Source: Haliangiales bacterium (GTDB lineage: Bacteria > Myxococcota_A > Polyangia > Haliangiales > Haliangiaceae). Taken from it: DNA of 32,000 nucleotides. The stretch covers positions 36,234 through 68,233 of the forward strand of contig JAYRZI010000003.1 of assembly GCA_041916575.1 (NCBI GenBank). Direction: 5' to 3'. Below, piece by piece: positions 26,201 to 32,000 of the stretch. How positions within the stretch are numbered: position 1 is the first letter of the stretch; each line of letters starts with the position of its first letter. Below the pieces are notes generated by a model. That model was not told the DNA's origin. It was given only the letters and a program-made list of their open reading frames with translations, and did no database searches. The position numbers were made by a program, and so were the translations under genes.

Positions 26201-27297
26201 CGGTGCAGGTCACCGTGCGCGCCGCTGGCGCCGAGCGCATCAAGCTCAACCGATACAGCGCCACCGAAGCGGGCCAACTTTTCGAGGAGAACGTCGCCGC
26301 CGGTCATGGGCCATCGCTCACCGCGCAGCTTGCCCCTGGCTCGTACCGCGCCCTGCTCTCGACCGCCGGCATGACGCCAGTGGCAGCGCCGTTCGTGGTG
26401 AGCCGGGCCAAGCCGCTGTCGCTCCTGATCCCGCTGCCCGCGCCCGGATCCGTCCCGGCCGGCTTCGTCTTCATCCCTGCCGGCACGTTCCTGCACGGGC
26501 TCGATGACCACCGCGAGCCGGACCTGACCTGGGTGCGCAAGAACTTCTTCCGCGCCCCGCCACTGCACCAGGAGACGCTCCCGGCCTATCTCATCGGCCG
26601 CCACGAGGTCACCTTCGGCGAGTACCTGCGCTTTCTGCGTACGCTGCCTGCCGACGAGCTGGCCCGCCGAAGGCAGAGCGGAGACCCGTCGACCGAGCGC
26701 TCGGTGCGGCTCGAGGGCGACGGCCGCGGCCCGTTCACGCTCACCCTGCGCCCGCTCCAGGTCGCCTACTCGGCGCGCGAAGGCGAACCCATGATCTTCG
26801 CCGGTCGCCGCCAGCGCCAGCAGGTGCGCTGGGAGGACACGCCGGTGGTCGGCATCGACCGCGCCGACGCCGAGGCCTATGCCGCGTGGCTCGCGACCAG
26901 CGGCCAGGTGCCTGGCGCGCGCCTCTGCACCCCGCTCGAGTGGGAGCGCGCCGCGCGCGGCGCCGATGGCCGCCGCTTCCCGCACGGCAACTCGCTGGCG
27001 GCGCACGAGGCCAACATCGACCTCACCTACCGACGCGACGCCATGAGCCCCGATCCCGTCGGCACCTATCCCGCATCCGCCTCGCCGTTTGGCCTCTACG
27101 ATCTCGCCGGCAACGCCTACGAGATGGTGGCCAACGGCTGGGAGCTCTCCATCCGCGGCGGGAGCTGGTGGAGCGGCCCCACCTCCGCCGCCACCATGAA
27201 CGTGACCTCGATCCAGGCCACCCGGCGCGATGTCTACATCGGCCTGCGCCTGTGCGCGAGCTGGCCGGCTACGGCGCCGGCGCCACGTAGCCGATGA
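23266..27297 (+). CDS. Multidomain Ser/Thr protein kinase, STAND-type P-loop NTPase, TM helix, coiled/Ig-like spacer, FGE/SUMF1-like domain
   Basis: I prefer the GTG at 23266, because the track ATG at 23161 overlaps the divergent oxidase start codon. Kinase motifs: GRGGMGAVY, VALK, HRDIKPSN, DFG, GTPRYMAPE. NTPase motifs: SPYRGLAPFEAEQRALFFGR, Walker A GDSGIGKSS (24532..24558), Walker B VLLLDQAEE, and HESLLSAWGTLRRWLDE. TM helix: LAVALAAAVPAVAGLTWW (about 25660..25728). FGE-like motifs: FVFIPAGTF, YLIGRHEVT, PLEWERAARG, GLYDLAGNAYEMV, RGGSWW (about 26458..27270). Confidence 0.85.
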   Translation: MTQGSGSLPPTGDIDEFRLLRLLGRGGMGAVYLAHDTVLDRAVALKLMRVGASEEHRLRFLTEARALARVHHPNVVSIYRAGLSSRGEPYLVQELVSGTSLDRGVRPVPPRRALELAIGIARGLATAHRRGVLHRDIKPSNIMVDETGTPRLLDFGLAKFTGAARAEPPPTAAFDATAERLAELDATAPAAATADLGRPAALDATAERPAALPTTAARHALVTAERPALDLTAERPASPNPSIDRRAEAWPVTEHDLADGSHPADTSVGTILGTPRYMAPEVWTGAPATARSDLYSLGVVLYELLAGAPPHPQTELDELRSAVLEGPAPASLREQVAELPVDLASLVARCLEREPSARPESADSVLYELEHIAAGAPPIPEGSPYRGLAPFEAEQRALFFGRGADIAAIVDRLRSEPQVVVAGDSGIGKSSLCRAGVLPALTAGALADGRTWTSTVVVPGLAPSAALAAAFEWQLPEGELPPPGELAQELARRTTADRGRVLLLDQAEELVTLASPREAERAATLLAALAEGLPGVRLLVAVRGDFLTRVAALPALRGTLTRSLHLVRGLSPEDARAVVIEPARAKGVRFESEELVANLVSSILERPAALPLLQFALAELWTHRDLERSVIPARALEELGGVAGALASHADRVLTALAAPERAAARRVLLALVTAEGTRSSRGRSELVAGSDTAAALEALVRGRLVAARDVADGEPRYELAHESLLSAWGTLRRWLDEIAGERGVRARLAAAAEEWHRLGRRRELLWRRSQLAETARLSELPPREHAFLRASRRAQHLRTSLAVALAAAVPAVAGLTWWSVSAREHAHRVAAVDYRRAAAEDAMRNARAELTQATRLRAEAVSLFRGAAAPKLTAPVPELAEALRQHYERAEQDRNQRWELAERRFTAARTAMREAARQLEGALGLGANRHAVARQLADVVAAQLALAEQVGDETAIADLEPRLAEYDDGSRLERWRRPVQVTVRAAGAERIKLNRYSATEAGQLFEENVAAGHGPSLTAQLAPGSYRALLSTAGMTPVAAPFVVSRAKPLSLLIPLPAPGSVPAGFVFIPAGTFLHGLDDHREPDLTWVRKNFFRAPPLHQETLPAYLIGRHEVTFGEYLRFLRTLPADELARRRQSGDPSTERSVRLEGDGRGPFTLTLRPLQVAYSAREGEPMIFAGRRQRQQVRWEDTPVVGIDRADAEAYAAWLATSGQVPGARLCTPLEWERAARGADGRRFPHGNSLAAHEANIDLTYRRDAMSPDPVGTYPASASPFGLYDLAGNAYEMVANGWELSIRGGSWWSGPTSAATMNVTSIQATRRDVYIGLRLCASWPATAPAPRSR

Positions 27298-28714
27298 TCT
27301 CGGCGCCGCCGCTGCCGTCTAGCTCGTACCCCGCCGCCCGCATCGCCGTGTGCTCCATCGTGGTCGACACGTAGTCGCCAGAGCTCGTGTGCTTGTACAG
27401 CCGCAGCGGCACCAGGCTCGGGTTGTAGCGACTGGCATAGACGTACCCCTCCCAGCTCGCGCCCCACGCCGGGCTCGAGGCGCTCCCCGCGAACCGCGAG
27501 TCGTTGGTTCGCGCCAGCACTCGATCGCCGCCATCGGGGCGCTCGAACATCGACACCTCGACGAGCTGCGACTGCGGCACGCTCAGCGGCGGCACCCGCA
27601 TCAAGATGGCATCGGTGCCGGCGTGCTCGTAGCCCGTCCACGGCGTCTTCTGCTGATTCTGATCGTAGTAGCCGCGCACCGTGGTCACCCAGTCCGAGCT
27701 GCGATGCCAGCGCTCCAGGCGGAGCTGGTTGTAGCGACTGGCAAAGAACATCACCGCGCCGTCCTGGGCGATCATGTCATCGATGTCTGCATCGCCGCAG
27801 TCACGAATCGTGGTCACGCAGGGCGCGGTGATCGCCGGCCAACGCAGCTTGCCCACGCAGGTGGCGTTGCGGTGCCCGGGCGGAAACGCCGTCTCGAAGT
27901 AGTAGTCGTGGGGGTTGGGCGGCCAGTCGCTGAGCTTGAGCGACAAGATCTGCTGCCCGGGCGCCACCTGATTGATCCCCACGTTGTCCTGAAACGAGAT
28001 CAGGGTACCCACGCGCGTGCTGGTGGCGCCGTTGGCGCAGTAGTCCGCAGTCACGCCTTGCATGCAGGCCTGATGCGCGCCCCAAAACGGGCTCGTAGCA
28101 GAGGCCGTAGGCGCATAGGCCCAGCGCACGCACTTGCCCCCCGCGCCGTCGAGACATGCGAACGTGATCCGGCTCGGCATCGTCAGGTGCTCACCCGTCC
28201 GGGTCACGACTCCGGCCAGCGGGATCGCCTCGGCACATACGGTGACCACCTTGCTGGTGCTGGCGTCGCGTACGTCGAGCCGGTAGTAGGTCACGCTCAG
28301 ATCGCCGCGCACCACCGTAGGCAGCACCGTGTACCGGCCATCAGGGGTCGGCATCGCGATGCCGTTGAAGCGCGGATCGGCCCCCGCGAACGTGCCGTCG
28401 ATGCCGGTGGAGCGCAGCGAGGCGCCGCCGATCACCGACACCACCTGCGCAAACTTGCCGCGGTTGCCGGTGGTGAGCACGTTGAAAAACTCGGTCGCCG
28501 TGTCGAGCGTATAGGGAGGCGCATCGAGCACCGCGCCGAGCAGGTAGCGCCCGTTGGGCTCCTCATCCTGGCAGGCGGCGCGTAGCTGCGACGAGCAACG
28601 CGGCCGGCCAGCAACTGGCTCTACTTGCGGCTCGGCCGCCGGGGTCTCGCCGCTCTCGCCCGCCACACAGCCGGTGGCGACGACGATGAGAATGGAAGCA
28701 AGCAACGTTCGCAT
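27269..28714 (-). CDS. Exported lipoprotein with an 'ADYC' motif domain (resembles proteins annotated as ADYC domain-containing in myxobacteria, from memory)
   Basis: Start at MRTLLASILIVVATGCVAG (ATG at plus 28712..28714) with AGGAGG upstream and lipobox ATGC. The central GKCVRWAYAP...WGAHQACMQGVTADYCANGATSTRVGT contains the ADYC motif. Conserved Cys are spaced throughout. The 3' end overlaps the kinase gene by 29 bp (convergent). Confidence 0.75.
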   Translation of the reverse strand: MRTLLASILIVVATGCVAGESGETPAAEPQVEPVAGRPRCSSQLRAACQDEEPNGRYLLGAVLDAPPYTLDTATEFFNVLTTGNRGKFAQVVSVIGGASLRSTGIDGTFAGADPRFNGIAMPTPDGRYTVLPTVVRGDLSVTYYRLDVRDASTSKVVTVCAEAIPLAGVVTRTGEHLTMPSRITFACLDGAGGKCVRWAYAPTASATSPFWGAHQACMQGVTADYCANGATSTRVGTLISFQDNVGINQVAPGQQILSLKLSDWPPNPHDYYFETAFPPGHRNATCVGKLRWPAITAPCVTTIRDCGDADIDDMIAQDGAVMFFASRYNQLRLERWHRSSDWVTTVRGYYDQNQQKTPWTGYEHAGTDAILMRVPPLSVPQSQLVEVSMFERPDGGDRVLARTNDSRFAGSASSPAWGASWEGYVYASRYNPSLVPLRLYKHTSSGDYVSTTMEHTAMRAAGYELDGSGGAEIIGYVAPAP

Positions 28715-28729
28715 GGCTCCTCCTTCGGA

Positions 28730-28832
28730 CGGCATGCCGCCCTACATAGCAATCCCGAAGCCACCCGTAACCACCCGACACCCTTGAAGTGACCACACCT
28801 GGCCCCCTCTCACACGCGAAAGCGGCATGCCG
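28730..28832. promoter_or_regulatory. Two copies of the 10-bp perfect palindrome CGGCATGCCG (28730..28739 and 28823..28832) bracketing the ADYC-gene upstream region
   Basis: Read directly. Copy 1 sits just upstream of the RBS. Copy 2 lies 93 bp further upstream and about 20 bp past the GH13 stop. Confidence 0.35.
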
Positions 28833-28850
28833 AATCGGCACGCCGTGAGA

Positions 28851-30641
28851 TCACCCAAGGGAACCTCTGAGATCGAGGTCGGTCCATAGCACCACGCCAC
28901 TGCGCGGCGGCAGCGAGAACCCAAGCTCGCCGCTGGCCGGCACCACCCGGTCTTCAGCCAGCGCTTCACACCAGCGGGTCGCCGTCGCCGGCACGGCGAC
29001 CCGCAGCTCCCGCGGCTCGTCCTCTGCGCTGAGCGCCACCACGACCGTCTGCGTGGTCGTGACGCGCGCAAACACCAGGGCCCGCCCCACCGTTTGCAGG
29101 GGCTGAAAGTCCCCTTCCGATAGCGCCTCGAGCCGGCGGCGCAGCGCCAGGCGTTCTCGGTAACCCCGAAACAGCGCAGCGTCGAACGCCACGGGATCGA
29201 CGACCGCTCGCCGCGTGCCGTCGGCCAGCGCGCGCTCGTCGTCGTAGCGGAGCTCGGGCCACAGCATCGGCTTGCGACAGCAGGGATCGTTGGCGCCCCA
29301 CAAGCCGGCCTCGTCGCCGTAGTAGATCATCGGCGCGCCCACGTAGGTCACCTGGAAGAGCACGAACAAGAGCTGCAGCTCGCGCTCACGCTCATCGGGG
29401 GCCCGCGGCTGCCACGCCGGGTGCGTCACCCGCGCCTGGCGGAGCGAGTACTCATCGAACCGGTGGTAGGTCAGACGCTCGCCGTTGACCGTGTGCGAGG
29501 CCAGCCGCGCAGTGTCGTGGCTGCCAAACAGGTTCTGCATCACCGGCGGTACCTGCGCCGGCAGCGTCGCGCGCTGCGCCTCGAGCCGCGCCACCAGCTC
29601 GGCGGCCTGGCACGCGCGAGGTCCCGCGAAGAAGAAGTCGTGGCAAGCGAACGCGAACGGGTAGCCCATCGCCGCGTCGAACTGATCGCCTTGCAGCATC
29701 TCCGGCAGCCGATCGAGCTCGTCGATGATCTCGGCGGTCAGGTAGGCCTCCGGGTTGATCGAACGCACCAGCGCCCGCCACTTGCGCCAGAACGGCGCCG
29801 CCACCTTGCCGGCCACGTCGAGCCGCCAGCCATCGATGCCCTCGGCAGCGCTGCCGTGTGGCGCCATCCAGCGCCGGGTGGCCGCGAAGATGTAGTCGCG
29901 CGGCCCCGCCACCGGGCCTTGCTCGTCCTGGCGCAGCTCGGGCAACGAGGAGTGCCCGGCCCAGCCCTGATACGCGAACGCCGTGCCGGCGGCCGGATCC
30001 TCCCACGAGGTGATGCGGAACCAGTCGCGGTACGGCGACGAGCGCTGCCGCGTCGCCACGTCGCGTAGCGCCCAGCTCGTACGCCCCATGTGGTTGAACA
30101 CCCCGTCGAAGATGATGCGCATGCCGCGGCGATGCACCTCGGCGATGAGCGCCAGCATCAGCCGATCGGCAGAGGTCCAGCGCCAGGTCGAAGGATCGTG
30201 CGGCACCTCGTCGGCGATGAGCGCCAGATCGCCCGCCGGGTCGGGGCCGAAGTACGGATCGATGTGGTGATACGTCGCGGCGTCGTACTTGTGCACCGAC
30301 GGCGACTGGAACACCGGCGTGAGATACAGCGCGTTGACCCCCAGCTCTTGCAGATAATCGAGCTTGTCGAAGATGCCCTGCAGATCGCCGCCGTAGCGCC
30401 GGCGAAACACGTGATACGCGAAGTCGCCGCCCTGCGCGCGCTCGTAGGGCGCCAGCTCATACCAATCCGAGGTCCAGCGGTGGATCTGCCAGTGCGGCGA
30501 CGGATCGCCGTAGTGCGAGCCGGCCAGACTCTCCACCGTGGGATCGTTGTTCGGATCGCCGTTGCAGAAGCGCTCGGGGACGATCTGGTACCAGATCGCG
30601 CGGCGCGCCCAAGCCGGCGGCAGACTCGAGGAATCGACCAT
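28851..30641 (-). CDS. GH13 alpha-amylase-family glycoside hydrolase (neopullulanase/cyclomaltodextrinase-like), cytoplasmic
   Basis: Start at MVDSSSLPPAWARRAIWYQIVPERFCNGDPNND (ATG at plus 30639..30641). GH13 conserved regions: IIFDGVFNHMG (region I), GIDGWRLDVAGKV (region II, nucleophile Asp), YLTAEI (region III, Glu), FGSHDTARL (region IV). No signal peptide. The track's 240-aa N-terminal extension overlaps rluF and is rejected. Confidence 0.88.
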   Translation of the reverse strand: MVDSSSLPPAWARRAIWYQIVPERFCNGDPNNDPTVESLAGSHYGDPSPHWQIHRWTSDWYELAPYERAQGGDFAYHVFRRRYGGDLQGIFDKLDYLQELGVNALYLTPVFQSPSVHKYDAATYHHIDPYFGPDPAGDLALIADEVPHDPSTWRWTSADRLMLALIAEVHRRGMRIIFDGVFNHMGRTSWALRDVATRQRSSPYRDWFRITSWEDPAAGTAFAYQGWAGHSSLPELRQDEQGPVAGPRDYIFAATRRWMAPHGSAAEGIDGWRLDVAGKVAAPFWRKWRALVRSINPEAYLTAEIIDELDRLPEMLQGDQFDAAMGYPFAFACHDFFFAGPRACQAAELVARLEAQRATLPAQVPPVMQNLFGSHDTARLASHTVNGERLTYHRFDEYSLRQARVTHPAWQPRAPDERERELQLLFVLFQVTYVGAPMIYYGDEAGLWGANDPCCRKPMLWPELRYDDERALADGTRRAVVDPVAFDAALFRGYRERLALRRRLEALSEGDFQPLQTVGRALVFARVTTTQTVVVALSAEDEPRELRVAVPATATRWCEALAEDRVVPASGELGFSLPPRSGVVLWTDLDLRGSLG

Positions 30642-30712
30642 GAGCCATGGTGAAGTGCGGCGCCGGCCTGGATCAAGCCTCGGCGTGAGGCGTGACCGCG
30701 ATCGCCGGTTCA

Positions 30713-30889
30713 GAACACCGAACGGGTTGAATGCCGTCGCGAGACCAGACCTTGCAAGGAGATCCGGGCGCACGCCGGCAAGCACAGCGAGGAGCGTAGT
30801 GGCGCTACCCGACGAGCGAGCATCGGACGTACGCCCGAAGGCGCCCGCAAGGTCTCGTCGCAGCAGGCATTTCAAACCGTTTGGCGTTC
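30713..30889. repeat. 177-nt nested inverted-repeat element / candidate structured RNA between GH13 and rluF
   Basis: Outer arms are gaacaccgaacgggttgaatg (30713..30733) and catttcaaaccgtttggcgttc (30868..30889), complementary at about 18 of 21 positions with one indel. Correctly nested inside them are agaccttgc (30747..30755) with gcaaggtct (30847..30855), and gggcgc (30766..30771) with gcgccc (30841..30846). Confidence 0.45.
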
Positions 30890-30905
30890 TAGTAGGGTAG
30901 CCGTC

Positions 30906-31745
30906 GTGCGTCGTGCCGGACCTCCCGCTGCTCCCGTCGCGCGCCCTGCGGGCGCGGCCAAGGCCCAGTCGCCGGGCGAGCGCATGCGGATCAACCGTTA
31001 CTTCACCGATCAAGGCGTGTGCTCCCGGCGCGCCGCCGATCGAGCGATCGAGGCCGGCCGCGTCGCCATCAACGGCGCCATCGCCAAGCTCGGAGATACC
31101 GTCGCCCCGGGCGACAAGGTCACGCTCGACGGAGAGCCCATCGGCCAGGCGCCGCGCCAGCGCGTGGTGCTCGCCTACCACAAGCCGCCCGGTATCGAGT
31201 GCACGAGCGACCCGCGCGTGCCCGACAACATCATCGATGCGGTCGGCTACCCCGAGCGCATCTTCCACATCGGCCGCCTGGACAAGTACAGCGAGGGGCT
31301 CATCCTGCTCACCAACCGCGGCGACCTGGTCAACCAGATCTTGCGCGCCCGCGGAGGCCACGAGAAGGAGTACGTGGTCGACGTCGATTTGCCGATCACC
31401 GAGGCGTCGCTGGCGCGCATGCGCAACGGCATCGAGATCCTGGGCAGCCTGACCGCCCCGTGTCGCGCTGAGCGCCTGGGGCCGCGCACCTTCCGCATGG
31501 TGCTCATCGAAGGCCGCAACCGCCAGATCCGCCGCATGTGCGAGGCCGAAGGACTGCGGGTCAGGCGCCTGGTCCGGGTGCGCGTGATGAACCTCGAGCT
31601 AGGCAACCTGCCGCGCGGCCGCTGGCGCGAGCTATCGCCGCGCGAGCTGGCGGAGCTCGAGCGCCTGGTGATGCGCGCCGAAGAGCGGCTCGCGCGCACG
31701 CCGCGGCGCGGCGAAGAGCGAGCCCCCGAAGACGACGAAGAGTAG
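30906..31745 (+). CDS. rluF: 23S rRNA pseudouridine synthase, RsuA/RluF family
   Basis: S4 domain RINRYFTDQGVCSRRAADRAIEAGRVAING. Catalytic HIGRLDKYSEGLILLTNRGDLVNQILRA..HEKEYVV and EGRNRQIRRMCEA closely parallel E. coli RluF as I recall it. The start is either the GTG at 30906 or the ATG at 30984 (MRINRYF). Confidence 0.85.
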   Translation: MRRAGPPAAPVARPAGAAKAQSPGERMRINRYFTDQGVCSRRAADRAIEAGRVAINGAIAKLGDTVAPGDKVTLDGEPIGQAPRQRVVLAYHKPPGIECTSDPRVPDNIIDAVGYPERIFHIGRLDKYSEGLILLTNRGDLVNQILRARGGHEKEYVVDVDLPITEASLARMRNGIEILGSLTAPCRAERLGPRTFRMVLIEGRNRQIRRMCEAEGLRVRRLVRVRVMNLELGNLPRGRWRELSPRELAELERLVMRAEERLARTPRRGEERAPEDDEE

Positions 31746-31923
31746 GCCGAAGAGTAGGCCGGCGAGCAAGCCGGCGAGCACAGGCCAGCGAGCAAGGCGA
31801 CGAGCTTGCCGACGAATGGAAACGAAGCACCACTCGATCGTGAGTGCCGCTACGCTGAAGCCGGCCACAGAGGCCGCTGGCTCCTCGAGCGAGGGCGCAG
31901 AAACTGCGCTCGGTGCAACGCAA

Positions 31924-31999
31924 GCGCAAGGTCCGCGTGGCCAGCACCGCCCGCTCCTTCCCGAGCGGCCGTCCTCGGCTGCGCAAGGTCCGCGTGGCC
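31924..31999. repeat. 19-bp direct repeat GCGCAAGGTCCGCGTGGCC (31924..31942 and 31981..31999), period 57 bp, at the right window edge
   Basis: Read directly. Only two copies are visible because the window ends at 32000. Confidence 0.4.
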
Positions 32000-32000
32000 C

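Noticed and set aside
30642-31361. 240-aa N-terminal extension of the GH13 ORF (track 28851..31361).
   Set aside because: It overlaps the well-supported rluF gene on the opposite strand and the structured intergenic region. GH13 homology begins right after the internal MVDSSS... start.

Overview
Very GC-rich (roughly 70% by eye) bacterial chromosomal window; almost every real gene has a long open antisense shadow ORF. The gene content suggests a myxobacterium (Myxococcota, Sorangiineae/Nannocystineae-like), by inference only: Cys-rich thrombospondin-type-3 lipoproteins, MORN-variant/YwqK repeats, WXXGXW repeats, an SBBP propeller, an 'ADYC'-motif lipoprotein, and a eukaryote-like Ser/Thr kinase fused to an FGE/SUMF1 domain. 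I support 21 protein-coding genes, one truncated at the left edge. Housekeeping genes are dapA-dapB (GTGA start/stop overlap), ribF, a quinone oxidoreductase, GST, a sarcosine/N-methyltryptophan-type oxidase, a GH13 amylase-family enzyme and rluF. They are interleaved with lineage-specific exported proteins. I recognised no rRNA, tRNA, CRISPR array, transposase or integrase. The best candidate for something undescribed is the 1,343-aa single-gene module at 23266..27297. It combines a Hanks kinase carrying a ~95-aa repeat insertion in its activation loop, a STAND-type P-loop NTPase, one TM helix, and an extracytoplasmic FGE/SUMF1 domain lacking the catalytic cysteines. Secondary items: an exported split PHP phosphoesterase fused to an SBBP beta-propeller; tandem paralogous TSP3 lipoprotein genes sharing a 77-bp upstream element at an identical offset; a 7-module WXXGXW protein with a recent 225-bp in-frame duplication; a 177-nt nested inverted-repeat structure between GH13 and rluF; and several short intergenic repeat arrays. 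All family assignments come from motif recognition by eye, not from searches.
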